IMG/VR virus record: IMGVR_UViG_3300016471_001002
Location: 147,098-211,097 of that record
From: a virus
Lineage: Duplodnaviria; Caudoviricetes
DNA length: 64,000 nucleotides
Direction: 5' to 3' (one strand)
Shown here one piece after another: positions 10,518 to 20,692 of this stretch. Position 1 is the first letter of the stretch; each line of letters opens with the position of its first letter. The position numbers and the translations under genes were made by a program. The notes beneath the pieces were generated by a model that did no database searches, was not told where the DNA came from, and worked only from the letters and a program-made list of their open reading frames with translations.

Positions 10518-10684
10518 AAAAGAATCTAACGGTTCGGTTTTTATAATCCTTCAATTATTGTTGATGTTTCTTCCAATTTCTGTCTTTTTTATCCCAGCAC
10601 TTTTAACAATTTTCTTTAATGAAAAAAAAGAGAATGAAGAGTGTAAATAGAAAGATATTGAAGTTATATTAACAATATAAACAC

Positions 10685-10759
10685 CCGCCTGTAGGGCCGG
10701 TTGCCCTAGGAGTTCTTATAAAGCTCCGTTGCCTGGTTCAACTCCAGGCAGGCGGACCA
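10685..10759 (+). tRNA. trnI: tRNA-Ile (anticodon UAU)
   Basis: Acceptor CCGCCTG/CAGGCGG-A-CCA; anticodon arm GAGTT-CTTATAA-AGCTC; T-arm CCTGG-TTCAACT-CCAGG; short D-loop. Confidence 0.8.
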
Positions 10760-10777
10760 GACCAGCCAAGAGGAAAA

Positions 10778-11089
10778 ATGAATCTTCAATTAAATCCTAA
10801 TCAACTTCTTGCACTGTATGAATTAGTTGTTCATGCTACGTCTACTTCTTCTGACTCTAAAAAGAAATCTACTTTTATTGAATTAAAAGAGAAGCTTCAT
10901 GACACCATATCAAACTCTTTAAACCAAGTGAATGATGAGAAAAATAAAGAAAAACTCTCTGCGTGGTTAGGAAAAGAAGAACAAAAAATTAATCAATTAA
11001 ATGATGAGCTTTCAAAGCTGCGTCAAACTAGAATTGACAGTTCAAAAGAACCAGACGATGGTCTTTATTTTCGTCCCGAAAAGAAGTAG
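10778..11089 (+). CDS. hypothetical coiled-coil protein
   Basis: GAGGA RBS; 103 aa. Confidence 0.6.
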   Translation: MNLQLNPNQLLALYELVVHATSTSSDSKKKSTFIELKEKLHDTISNSLNQVNDEKNKEKLSAWLGKEEQKINQLNDELSKLRQTRIDSSKEPDDGLYFRPEKK

Positions 11090-11105
11090 ATGATAAATAA
11101 TTTTA

Positions 11106-12413
11106 GTGCTAATTTCTATCTTTACTCCAACAAATAATACTTCTTGGTTACCAGAAGTCTGGTTATCATTATCAGATCAAGACGTCCATTTTGAATGGAT
11201 TATTGGGTTGAATGGCAGAGCGGATAGAAAAAACATTCCACAAGATGAAAGGATCAAAATCATTGAGACCGGCGCTTGGGATGGCGTTGGTGATGCTAAA
11301 AAGAAGCTTTGCGAAGCTTCCTCAGGTGAAATCCTTCTTGAATTAGATCATGATGATATCCTTGCAGAAGGCGCCTTAAAAGAGGTCCTCGAATCTTTTT
11401 CAGACCCTCTTGTAGGGTTTGTCTATTCTGATTGTGCTGAATGGATAGAGTCCACGGGTCAACCTTTTACGTATTCCAAAGATTATGGATGGGAATCATA
11501 TCCTTGTGAGATCCGCGGGAAAAAGCTACTAGCTACAAAATCATTTCAACCCTCTGCAAGATCTATTTGCCAGATTCTATACGCACCTAATCACTTGAGA
11601 GCTTGGAGAAAGTCCGTCTATCTCGAAGTCGGTGGTCATGATTCATCTCTAAAGGTAGCAGATGATTTTGATCTAATCGCTAGGACATACCTCATCACAA
11701 AATTCAAACATATCCAGAAGCCACTCTATTGTTACAGACGTAGGTCTGATGGTGGAAACACATGGCTTCAAAATGTGAATGAAATCCAAAGGCTTTGTGG
11801 ACAAGGAGCTGATTTATCTATTCCAGCAGAATCGCAACCGATGCTCCTGAGAGACAAGTACCTCCATAAGCTTGTTGAAAGAGAGTGCGACTTAAAAGAG
11901 TTGCCTAAAATTGACATCGGCGGAGGAATATTTGGCGCGCCTGGGTGGAAGACGCTTGATGTATCTGGACATCCTGATATTCAACACGACGTCTTTGGTT
12001 CTAAAAAGCTTCCATTCAAAGACAATTCCATTGGAGCTTTTCGAGCCTTTGATTTCTTGGAGCACGGACATGATGAAGATGCATTTTGGCTGATGGATGA
12101 AATCTATCGCTGTTTAGTTCCAGGAGGGTGGTTCTTATCTTATACTCCTCATGCATTAGGAATAGGAGCTTCATGTGATCCATCTCACAAAGCAAGATGG
12201 GATGAAAGAAGATTTCTATACTGGTGTCATTCAGGATTGAGACCATTCCTAGAATCAGCTTACCCTCTAGCAAAGGCAAAATTTCAAGCAGTCAGGCTTT
12301 ATAAGGAACTGAGAAAAATGGGACCGCATCCATATTCTTATGATATTCCTTATCTAGTTGCAGACTTGTGCGCACTAAAAGGACAACGCCAACCCGGGGC
12401 CAAGTATATTTAG
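11106..12413 (+). CDS. glycosyltransferase family 2 fused to a class I SAM-dependent methyltransferase domain
   Basis: N-term ISIFTPT...ELDHDDIL...FVYSD (GT-A fold, DxD-like); C-term IDIGGG...FDFLEH...IYRCLVPGGWF...DPSH. Confidence 0.8.
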   Translation: MLISIFTPTNNTSWLPEVWLSLSDQDVHFEWIIGLNGRADRKNIPQDERIKIIETGAWDGVGDAKKKLCEASSGEILLELDHDDILAEGALKEVLESFSDPLVGFVYSDCAEWIESTGQPFTYSKDYGWESYPCEIRGKKLLATKSFQPSARSICQILYAPNHLRAWRKSVYLEVGGHDSSLKVADDFDLIARTYLITKFKHIQKPLYCYRRRSDGGNTWLQNVNEIQRLCGQGADLSIPAESQPMLLRDKYLHKLVERECDLKELPKIDIGGGIFGAPGWKTLDVSGHPDIQHDVFGSKKLPFKDNSIGAFRAFDFLEHGHDEDAFWLMDEIYRCLVPGGWFLSYTPHALGIGASCDPSHKARWDERRFLYWCHSGLRPFLESAYPLAKAKFQAVRLYKELRKMGPHPYSYDIPYLVADLCALKGQRQPGAKYI

Positions 12414-12523
12414 CCATATGAGCATTAAAGGTTTAGTGACGTTCATCGTCCTTGCAACTCCATGGACGTTTGTGATACCAGGCATCTTGTATCTTTATAA
12501 GACATTAAAAAATAAAAAAAAAT

Positions 12524-12552
12524 AAAGCCGAGGTTTCCCCCGGCTTTTTTAT
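12524..12552. terminator. bidirectional Rho-independent terminator
   Basis: AAAGCCGAGG-TTTC-CCCCGGCTTTTTT flanked by A- and T-tracts between convergent genes. Confidence 0.75.
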
Positions 12553-12681
12553 TTCAATTTATTCAAGAAGATTCTTGTTCAAGTAACTTCAATCTTTCTT
12601 TTTCTTCACGCTTACACTTTTAAAGTTAGTAACTAATAATGTAAGGTAAACTAACGTGATGCATCTAAGTAGTTGAAATCA

Positions 12682-14616
12682 TTAAGAGTCCCGCCATAAA
12701 TTATTTGAAGCAAAGACTAGGATCTCCTCCGCAGATTCTGCTGAATACCCATATTCTTTCATAAGAGTCTCCACCATGTCTGAGTATTTCTTTTGTTGAT
12801 CCTCGTCGCGGGTCTTTGACTTGGTCACTATACGAGCCATTGACCTGACTGAAGAGATCAAGTATGATTCAATTGCATTCTTAAGGGGCTCATAGGTCTT
12901 GAAAGAGACCGTCTCGCCGCGCCTCATTTTTGCAAACATGTAGGCGGTGACGTCTGAACGGAATCCGTCTCGTGACGAGCCGGTAACTCCGATTTGTTCT
13001 TCGATTGAGGCCATGAATCCTTCGTCTGGTTTTCGCTCTTCTTTTGTAACTCTATCCTTGAGTTTTGCACGTGTTGTATAAGCCTCAGCATTATCAAGAT
13101 AAGAATCAAATAAAGCTTGAGCTTGTTCTTCATACGCTGAGATAAACGCCTTTGCGATTTCATTCTCAAGTATCTTTAAGTACTCTTCTCTGATCGTTTT
13201 CTGGAGAAGCTCTAGGCATTTTGACTTGAGGGCTTCATCGATCAATTGCTCTTTGACCATCTTCGTCAATGAGTCAAGGACAGAGATGGGTGTGATCATG
13301 TTCTTATCTGATGCAGTGAGAGCGTTGTCAAGAGCCTTGGTGATGAAACGAGTTGAGATGCCGTCCATTCCCTCGTGCTTGGCTTCTTCACGAAGATCCT
13401 TGATGTCTACCTTACGAACGCGGCCTTTCTCGAGGACTTCCTCACCATTGTAGATCTTCATCTTGGTGAGAAGGTCACACTTGGCAGAATCCTTGAGACG
13501 TGACATGACAGAGAACATGGATGCTACCTTGAGGGTGTGTGGGGCGATGTGGGCCTTGAACTCAGACTTGCCTAACATCTTCTCATAGATCTTGACTTCT
13601 TGATTCAATTCAAGACAGTAAGGAACTGAGATCTTGACGATACGATCCATGATGGCTTCGTTGGTGTGTTCAGACTGGAATCGATTCCATTCTGCCTCGT
13701 TGCAGTGTGCTAGGATGACACCGTCGAAGTGTAACATGTCTGATTTGCCGGGAGATGGAACTCTCTTTTCCTGGGTGGCGGTGATGATGGTGTGAAGGAA
13801 TTCAATTTCATTCTTGAAGACCTCGACGAGTTCCACGATACCGCGGTTACCGACGTTGAATGCACCGTTGAGCGATAGAGCTCTTGGATCATCCTCGGCA
13901 AACTTATCTAATTTAGAAATATCAACAGATCCGATGAGGACTGAGACGTCTTGGGAGTTTGCATCCATTGGAGGAACGGAAGCTACACCACGACGAGCTC
14001 GTTGCGAAAATGTGACTTCTTCAACTTCAAAGTCTTCGTACTTTCCAGCATAGTCGTTGAGAAGTTTGTGGCGGGCGACGGGAGAAATGTCACCGTCAAT
14101 CTTAACCCCAAGCGATTCTTCTACGGATTTTCGAAGAGAACGTGGGATTAATTGTAAAGGTTCACCACGGTGTGGATCGCCTTTCAATGCAAAGTACTTC
14201 TTCTGCTCTAGAGCCTTCTTGATGTGCTCAGTAAGTGCAGATTTACCAGCTCCAACTGGACCCATGAGAAGAAGAACCTGACGAGATTCTTCACCTTTGT
14301 GAGCTGCGGATGACAAGAAGCTCATGACTTTTTCGATGACGTTCTCCATTCCGAAGAACTCGCCTTCAAAGTACTTGTGAATCTTTATTTGTTCGCCGTC
14401 GAAAACCTTAAATTTTCTTGAATCAGAATCCGGCATCACGTAAGATCCATGCTCTTCTATTGCATCGTGGAGTCTTTTGTGCGCTGATTTGACGATAGAA
14501 GGATCTTTCTCCACCATCTCGATGTAGTCCATTAGATTGCCAGAGAATTTCTTCTTCTTGCTTGATTCTTCGCGTTGTGCCTTGATCTGTTGGAGAAGTT
14601 GCTTTTTGATGCTCAT
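12682..14616 (-). CDS. prkA: PrkA/YeaG family AAA+ serine protein kinase
   Basis: Walker A GPVGAGKS; LKGDPHRGEPL; GAFNVGNRGIVELVEVFK; ends NNLWRDS; next to spoVR and yeaH. Confidence 0.92.
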   Translation of the reverse strand: MSIKKQLLQQIKAQREESSKKKKFSGNLMDYIEMVEKDPSIVKSAHKRLHDAIEEHGSYVMPDSDSRKFKVFDGEQIKIHKYFEGEFFGMENVIEKVMSFLSSAAHKGEESRQVLLLMGPVGAGKSALTEHIKKALEQKKYFALKGDPHRGEPLQLIPRSLRKSVEESLGVKIDGDISPVARHKLLNDYAGKYEDFEVEEVTFSQRARRGVASVPPMDANSQDVSVLIGSVDISKLDKFAEDDPRALSLNGAFNVGNRGIVELVEVFKNEIEFLHTIITATQEKRVPSPGKSDMLHFDGVILAHCNEAEWNRFQSEHTNEAIMDRIVKISVPYCLELNQEVKIYEKMLGKSEFKAHIAPHTLKVASMFSVMSRLKDSAKCDLLTKMKIYNGEEVLEKGRVRKVDIKDLREEAKHEGMDGISTRFITKALDNALTASDKNMITPISVLDSLTKMVKEQLIDEALKSKCLELLQKTIREEYLKILENEIAKAFISAYEEQAQALFDSYLDNAEAYTTRAKLKDRVTKEERKPDEGFMASIEEQIGVTGSSRDGFRSDVTAYMFAKMRRGETVSFKTYEPLKNAIESYLISSVRSMARIVTKSKTRDEDQQKKYSDMVETLMKEYGYSAESAEEILVFASNNLWRDS

Positions 14617-14647
14617 GATCTATATGTATTCTTTCTTTTTCTTGAAG

Positions 14648-15955
14648 TTAATCGATTTCCCACGGTTCTTCTTCGAGAAGCGTATAAAATCTCACCGGTC
14701 CACCCCAAAGATATTTAATATGCTCGACGACTTCGTTTGCGTGTTTTATTTCTAGATCTCTGCCGTCGTGCTCGTGACGTACTACTAACATTCCGTCTCT
14801 CTTCATTTCATCAACGTAGACCACCGGGATTGATCCGCCTGCCACGTTCTTGATCAGTTCATCTTTAACTTTTTCCCACCCTATCTCGTCGGAGACATCG
14901 TCGATCGAAACTCCCGCTTTTTTCTTTGATGAATACGAGAAAAGGTTGAGCTCAACGCAGTCTTCTTCTGTCAAGTACTGTCGTAGGAATGATGCATCAT
15001 AGCAGACCTCACGTGCCAAGAAGCATTCATCAATGCCATGACGTTCTTTGATCTTCTGGAATAGATGGAATCCAAGATGGTATGGATTAATTCCGCCGAC
15101 ATGTGGACGAACAACTGCGTTGTGCATCTTGACGATGGGTAAATGAAGTCCATCTGGAAGTTCTAATTCGTGGCACAACGTGTAGTGCCAGTAAGAGGCC
15201 CAACCTTCATTCATTATCTTGGTTTGGATCTGGGGCCAGAAGTATTGACCTTCTTCACGACAGACATGTATGATGTCTCGTTTCCATTCCGGGATCTTTG
15301 CATTTTCTTCTATGAAGCCTAGTAGATCATAGTCTGGTTCGATCGGAACCATGTCTATGTTGAAGTTTTTATATCTGCCGTCCTTGTCGTTGTTGATCAA
15401 TTCGACATATTCAGCTTTAATTTCAGCATGGGGACGCCTTACCTGTCCGTACTTCGTCGTTTGAAATTGAAGAGCCTGACACGCGTCGATGGTTCTTTCA
15501 ACAACTTCAATTCCGATGTGCTGATTTTCTACGTACCCCTGGATCCTCTTCTTTGCAGACCTCAGACGCTGGATGACCGATTCTGGTCTGGTGTTCTTGA
15601 ACATCCTGTTATTCTTGAAGAAATCGCTATGACCAACGCAGTGGGCCATGATGAGTATCTGGAGGTAGAGGGGGTTTTCTCTCATCAGGTAGGCAAGAGA
15701 AGGATCAGAATTGATGATGAGTTCGTAGGGAAGACCTTCCATACCGACGTTGTATCGTCTCATGGTCTGTTCGAAAGACTTGCCAAAAGACCAATGAGAA
15801 TACATGGAAGGCATACCGTGGTGCACCATGGCGCCGATCATTTCATGGTAATCAATGACTTCATAGTCTAGCTCATACCAGTCAAGGTTGTGCTTCTTGG
15901 CAAGAGCGACGATCTTTTCATCCCATTCTTTTAGATCTTCTAGTTTATAATCCAT
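14648..15955 (-). CDS. spoVR: SpoVR/YcgB family protein
   Basis: GMPSMYSHWSFGK, YELIINSDP, MAHCVGHSDFFKNN, TKIMNEGWASYWH, NPYHLG. Confidence 0.93.
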   Translation of the reverse strand: MDYKLEDLKEWDEKIVALAKKHNLDWYELDYEVIDYHEMIGAMVHHGMPSMYSHWSFGKSFEQTMRRYNVGMEGLPYELIINSDPSLAYLMRENPLYLQILIMAHCVGHSDFFKNNRMFKNTRPESVIQRLRSAKKRIQGYVENQHIGIEVVERTIDACQALQFQTTKYGQVRRPHAEIKAEYVELINNDKDGRYKNFNIDMVPIEPDYDLLGFIEENAKIPEWKRDIIHVCREEGQYFWPQIQTKIMNEGWASYWHYTLCHELELPDGLHLPIVKMHNAVVRPHVGGINPYHLGFHLFQKIKERHGIDECFLAREVCYDASFLRQYLTEEDCVELNLFSYSSKKKAGVSIDDVSDEIGWEKVKDELIKNVAGGSIPVVYVDEMKRDGMLVVRHEHDGRDLEIKHANEVVEHIKYLWGGPVRFYTLLEEEPWEID

Positions 15956-15956
15956 G

Positions 15957-17120
15957 TCACTCCTCCGTTTGTGTTCCGCCCATGAGGCTCAAAAATGCCG
16001 GCCAAACATCTTCACGCTTGTTGATCCTGACTTCTTTTAGTCTAGGTCCCTGGTGCGGTCTAAGAAGCTGGTACAGCTTTCCAGGATCTGATATCCAGCT
16101 AATTTCTGGTTCGATTTCACAGTAACCATACAGCTGGGCAACAGAGGTTAACTTTGCTGTTTCTTCTAGAAATTTTTCATTGTCTTCTGGGAAGTTGTCA
16201 CCGTCAGAGCACTGGAACATATAGATGTTCCAAGATGAAGGATGGAAACGCTTTTGTATGATGTCATTGACCATGACTAGAGCAGAAGATGCCTTCGTTC
16301 CACCAGTGGAAGCCTTTTCGAAAAAGTCTTTTTCTTCAACTTCTTGAGCCTCTGTGTCGTGGGAGATGAACACAATCTCTATTGTTTCATACTTGAGACG
16401 TAGGAACTGATAAAGAAGGAAGAAGAAAGACCTTGCAAGGAACTTCTTTTCTTGGCTCATGGATCCGCTGACGTCCATGACGAAGAAGATGACAGCATTC
16501 GTGCAAGGCTTCTTTGTGACTTTGTAGTGGCGATACTTTAGATCATCTTCATGAAAAGAGAATGTCTCGCCTTCTTCTGCTTTTTCTGGATCAAACCCTG
16601 CGGCTTTCATTCGCTTGATACGAGCGATAGCGGATTTTTTTCTATCCAGACGGGGCATAATTCCCTGCGGACGGTAGCCCTTACGCTTCATCTTTTCTGT
16701 ATCGATGTTGCTTAGGCGTTTCTTTTGAAGTTCTGGGAGTTGCAGTTCAGCAAAGAGATACTGGGCTAATTCTTCATGGGTGATTTCTACGTCATAGTAT
16801 TCTTCACCCTTATCGCCACCGGCCTTATTAGGCTGACCACCCTGCTGTTGCTGTTGATCTCCTATCTTTTGTCCACGCTTAATATCTTTTCCAGGCGCAG
16901 AGCCGACCTGCTTTCCGTTATCACCATAAACAAATCGATATTCTTTTATTCCCCTAACTGGAATTCTATATTTTTGTTTTCCATCTTTTGAGATGATGCT
17001 TTCATCTGCAACGATGTGGTGGATGCCGTCTCGAATGGCTTTTTCGATTTTTTGCTTATGCCTTCTGCGGTCTGACGCAGTTCGGTCAGCGACTGTTTTA
17101 TGTTCACGAAAAATGCTCAT
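15957..17120 (-). CDS. yeaH: YeaH/YhbH (DUF444) VWA-like protein
   Basis: DRRRHKQKI, AVIFFVMDVSGSM, FISHDTEA, GGTKASSAL, FQCSDGDN, YGYCEI. Confidence 0.93.
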   Translation of the reverse strand: MSIFREHKTVADRTASDRRRHKQKIEKAIRDGIHHIVADESIISKDGKQKYRIPVRGIKEYRFVYGDNGKQVGSAPGKDIKRGQKIGDQQQQQGGQPNKAGGDKGEEYYDVEITHEELAQYLFAELQLPELQKKRLSNIDTEKMKRKGYRPQGIMPRLDRKKSAIARIKRMKAAGFDPEKAEEGETFSFHEDDLKYRHYKVTKKPCTNAVIFFVMDVSGSMSQEKKFLARSFFFLLYQFLRLKYETIEIVFISHDTEAQEVEEKDFFEKASTGGTKASSALVMVNDIIQKRFHPSSWNIYMFQCSDGDNFPEDNEKFLEETAKLTSVAQLYGYCEIEPEISWISDPGKLYQLLRPHQGPRLKEVRINKREDVWPAFLSLMGGTQTEE

Positions 17121-17359
17121 GATCTTTGATTATAAGTACACATTAACTCTGCATATCTTCAAAAGATAAATGATTAATTCCAAAAATGAAAATCATCTGG
17201 AAAGTCTAGGTTCCTGCTGCTTGATAATGAAGGTTTTGGAATGGATCCATTCTTTATTCTTAACGTTCCAATGAATAAACTTATGCTGATAGCTGCAATA
17301 GCAGCGTGACAAATTAATATCGCCATATAAATAAACCTTTTATTTTTATTTAATTCAAA

Positions 17360-17764
17360 TCAAACGTCTAGAGTTTTTGGATATCCTTTTTGTCCTGGCT
17401 TCAGTTTAGGTTTTCCTGCTTTTCTTCTTGCTCTTATGTTTGCCCAAAGACCCTTTTGGCCTTTTTTCTTTTTTGCTTCTTGAACCATCGCATGATCTAA
17501 GTCGACGATCATCATTCCATCATCATCACAAGGAATATTATGAGATTTTGATTCTATGTACCCAAATAGGTCAGACATATCATTATATGCACGTCCTAAT
17601 TTGTATTGAACCCACCCGGGTAATTCATCATTTTCTCCAATGATATTTAACAACATGTTTGCCATGTCAGATATTCTATGTAATTGAGAAGTAGCCATTT
17701 CACCTTCATGATCTGGGTGCCCTTCGTTCCAATCTCGACCGTTGTGGGTTAAATCTTTATGCAT
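17360..17764 (-). CDS. conserved phage hypothetical protein, likely virion-associated
   Basis: EGEMATSQL...ELPGWVQYKL and GLWANIRARRKAG motifs resemble T4-like/large-phage head-associated small proteins. Confidence 0.6.
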   Translation of the reverse strand: MHKDLTHNGRDWNEGHPDHEGEMATSQLHRISDMANMLLNIIGENDELPGWVQYKLGRAYNDMSDLFGYIESKSHNIPCDDDGMMIVDLDHAMVQEAKKKKGQKGLWANIRARRKAGKPKLKPGQKGYPKTLDV

Positions 17765-17799
17765 ATCTTCTACCTTATGGGATATATATCAAATATCAT

Positions 17800-17979
17800 A
17801 TGAAGATAACTGTAAGACAATTACGAGAATTAATTAAAGAGGTCTTGGGACAAATTAATTATCCTCCCGGGCGTTATGAACCGTCCACCGGTGAACCAGT
17901 AGACAACCCAGAAGAGTTATACTACGATGGATTTCCTGACGGAATTGAAGAAGAAGATTCTAAGGAAGATGAAACATGA
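17800..17979 (+). CDS. 59-aa acidic protein with shared MKITxxQLRxLIKE leader (absent from the ORF track)
   Basis: MKITVRQLRELIKEVLGQINYPPGRYEP...EDET*; stop overlaps the next ATG (ATGA). Confidence 0.7.
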   Translation: MKITVRQLRELIKEVLGQINYPPGRYEPSTGEPVDNPEELYYDGFPDGIEEEDSKEDET

Positions 17980-18380
17980 AAATTACACCTGGAATTCTTA
18001 AAGAAATTATAGAAGAAGCTGTCATGCTTGAAGCCCTTGGCGTTTTAGATCAGTTTGAGCTTGATTTTGAAACTATTTCAGAAGAAGTTATCTTAGAAGC
18101 AGAGTATAAAGGTAGGGAAGTTTCTCTAGGAAAACCGATGCGTGGCGACGTAAAAAAATACAAAGTTTATGTCAAAGATGAAAAAACTGGTAATGTGAAA
18201 AAAGTCGAATTCGGAGATCCTAACATGGAAATTCGTAGAGATAATCCAAAGGCAAGAAAATCTTTTAGAGCCAGACATGGATGCGGTACTCCCAGAGCTT
18301 CAGATAGAACAAAAGCAGCATATTGGTCATGCCGCATGTGGTCTACAAAACCTGTTTCTAAAATTCTTAAAGGAAAGTGA
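17976..18380 (+). CDS. conserved phage protein with shared leader
   Basis: MKITPGILKEIIEE leader; AEYKGREVSLGKPMRG...KSFRARHGC...AAYWSCRMW. Confidence 0.7.
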   Translation: MKITPGILKEIIEEAVMLEALGVLDQFELDFETISEEVILEAEYKGREVSLGKPMRGDVKKYKVYVKDEKTGNVKKVEFGDPNMEIRRDNPKARKSFRARHGCGTPRASDRTKAAYWSCRMWSTKPVSKILKGK

Positions 18381-18445
18381 TTTAACTTTCTTAGTATAAA
18401 CATTCTTGATGTCGTGATATAATCGTTGATAACATCTTTCATTAG

Positions 18446-18736
18446 ATGGTATCGAAAGGTTATAAAATGTCAAAGAAAGTATTGTCAATTTTTTGTGTTG
18501 CGGCTTTTGTCTTCGGTTGCGAGGACAAGAAGTCAGAGACAGGGTCAACGTCCGCGAGCGTGACTGTCACTTCATCAGCTACTGGGGGTCAAGGAGGCTC
18601 AGGTGGTGAGGGTGGTCTTGGCGGCGCAGGAGGAGACGGTGGCTCTTCTGACTCAGCCGGCGGATCAAAGGGTACCGGTGGGCAAGGCGGATCTACTTCA
18701 TCTGTCGGCGGCGCTGGCGGTCAAGGCGGAAACTGA
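18446..18736 (+). CDS. Gly/Ser-rich lipoprotein
   Basis: Probable start MSKKV at 18467; hydrophobic stretch ending FVFGC (lipobox-like), then GGxGG repeats. Confidence 0.65.
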   Translation: MVSKGYKMSKKVLSIFCVAAFVFGCEDKKSETGSTSASVTVTSSATGGQGGSGGEGGLGGAGGDGGSSDSAGGSKGTGGQGGSTSSVGGAGGQGGN

Positions 18737-18760
18737 TTTTTAATTTAGTTTATACGAATG

Positions 18761-18790
18761 AGGCTCTGGGAAACCAGGGCCTTTTTATTT
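18761..18790. terminator. Rho-independent terminator between convergent genes
   Basis: AGGCTCTGG-GAAA-CCAGGGCCT-TTTTATTTT. Confidence 0.75.
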
Positions 18791-19093
18791 TTGTATTAAG
18801 TTAATTTCAGTAGGGCATCCTACATAAAAATCTGCGTGAGGATCGCATTGAAGAGGTATTTCTTTACTTATCAATTCTCCATCAGGTCCTTCAATTACGA
18901 TCCATTCTGATCCGCAATCCCAATAATTTTCATTTTCTTCAGGATAAGATTCGTTTGAATTAATCGATGGATATGGTCCGTATTCTTCTACGCCATCAAC
19001 GTTTTGTGCAGCTTCATCAACTTTTTCTATTTTCATTGCGCACGATATTCCTACCAACAGCAATAAAAAACTAATAAGGTGATAGTTTTTCAT
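18785..19093 (-). CDS. putative lipoprotein
   Basis: Signal-like N-terminus ending VGISC. Confidence 0.55.
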   Translation of the reverse strand: MKNYHLISFLLLLVGISCAMKIEKVDEAAQNVDGVEEYGPYPSINSNESYPEENENYWDCGSEWIVIEGPDGELISKEIPLQCDPHADFYVGCPTEINLIQK

Positions 19094-19122
19094 TAGTTCA
19101 CACCTTAAACATAAGTATTGTT

Positions 19123-19335
19123 ATGGACAAAGAAGAACTAACATTAAGAAAGTTAATCAGAGAATTTGTTAAAGCTCATGATATTAAATCAGGATCTCAT
19201 CCTGAAGAAAGCTATGATAAAGAACTTTTAGATGACTCTTCTTTTAATGACGGAAGCGTGTACGTACCTGACGATATAAAAAAGAAAATCAAAAAATGGG
19301 CAAAAGACATGGGGCTCTCAACGAGCAAGAAATAA
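19123..19335 (+). CDS. hypothetical protein with leader-like LRKLIREF motif
   Basis: 70-aa ORF. Confidence 0.6.
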   Translation: MDKEELTLRKLIREFVKAHDIKSGSHPEESYDKELLDDSSFNDGSVYVPDDIKKKIKKWAKDMGLSTSKK

Positions 19336-19342
19336 TTAGACC

Positions 19343-20230
19343 ATGCCTTATACGATAAGAAAACAAAAATGTAAGCAATCTGATGGTGATAGCGGTACGT
19401 ACGTTTTGTCATACACGGACAAAAAAGGAAAAAAGCACCGTAATTGCCATACATCCAAAAAGAAAGCAAGAGGGCAGATTGCAGCAATTGAAGCAGAAAG
19501 CGTTGAGAGGAATGAAACCATGAAAATAAACTTGTCTGAATTACGCAAGTTGATTAGAGAAACAGTGACAACGTTAATGAGTCCCGAAGGAAAAGAAGCT
19601 GCATTCAAGGCTGCTCCTACTTCAAGAGACGGAAAATTATTTCTCAGCAAAGACGGCTTGGAAGATCACATATTTGCAATTCAAGGTGGAATAGATGACA
19701 TGGTTTTATATGATACCTTAGAAAACATGTTGAAGCGAGATGATAATCTTAGCGATGATCATCCCTTAAAACTAGATCCAGAATTTAGAAGATACATCGA
19801 AGAAAAAGTTACTGAATGGCATCTTATGGTCGATCCTGGAAGAGGAGAAAGTCCTGAAGATGAGCCAAAGTTGAAACAAATGATTGATGATACTCTTGAT
19901 GGATTATATGCAAAGAAAGCAGAAGATCCTTCAAAATACATTGCAGGATATAAATCTATGCAAGCACCCAAAGTTGATCCTTCAATGTATATGGCCAGAG
20001 GTGTTAAATCAGCCGCATCAAAATTTGGTGAATCTTCTGACATCAATAAATTAAAAAAAGTAATAAGAGAATTTATCCTTGATGAGTTAAAAGAAGAAGA
20101 AAATAAAAAAGAAGACATGGATGGAGACGGTGACACCGATTCTGCAGATTATAAAATGAAAGTTTATATGGCAGGAGGAATAAAAAAAGACAAAGCTCTA
20201 AAAATGTCCAGGAAATATGATAAAAAATAA
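19343..20230 (+). CDS. hypothetical protein with internal MKINLSELRKLIRE leader and a DxDxDG motif
   Basis: Internal leader at 19520; C-terminal DMDGDGDTDSADY. Confidence 0.65.
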   Translation: MPYTIRKQKCKQSDGDSGTYVLSYTDKKGKKHRNCHTSKKKARGQIAAIEAESVERNETMKINLSELRKLIRETVTTLMSPEGKEAAFKAAPTSRDGKLFLSKDGLEDHIFAIQGGIDDMVLYDTLENMLKRDDNLSDDHPLKLDPEFRRYIEEKVTEWHLMVDPGRGESPEDEPKLKQMIDDTLDGLYAKKAEDPSKYIAGYKSMQAPKVDPSMYMARGVKSAASKFGESSDINKLKKVIREFILDELKEEENKKEDMDGDGDTDSADYKMKVYMAGGIKKDKALKMSRKYDKK

Positions 20231-20315
20231 TTTTTCAGTTTTGTGTAATTACAGTAAGTGTTGAATTAGATTATAATCATCTTTAATAGAAATTGAAGAT
20301 GGAGAATTAATGTAA

Positions 20316-20642
20316 ATGTTCGGACCAAAGCCTACTTATGATCAACAAGCTCTAGAAAACAACAAGCTTAAAATGCGAACTAGAGGTACTACCGGACAAA
20401 ATACAACTTTAGAGTCATGCACTGAGTTTACATTGCATGTTACTCAACAAAATTTTTCATCTTCAAAAAAGAGAAATTTGATCGATTATTCTGCATGCAG
20501 ATTAAAAAGATATATTGATACCGTCAATGACCCTCAACAAAAGATGGTATTAGTTGCATTACTTCATGACTACAAAAAAGGTGATGTTGCAATTGCTTGG
20601 CGCCGAGGGCAACCAGTATACGTTAAAGTTACGAAAGAATAA
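20316..20642 (+). CDS. hypothetical protein
   Basis: GGAG RBS; 108 aa. Confidence 0.6.
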   Translation: MFGPKPTYDQQALENNKLKMRTRGTTGQNTTLESCTEFTLHVTQQNFSSSKKRNLIDYSACRLKRYIDTVNDPQQKMVLVALLHDYKKGDVAIAWRRGQPVYVKVTKE

Positions 20643-20692
20643 CGTTTCATAACGTATGTACATTTTTGCTATTGATCTTAATATGATGACAT

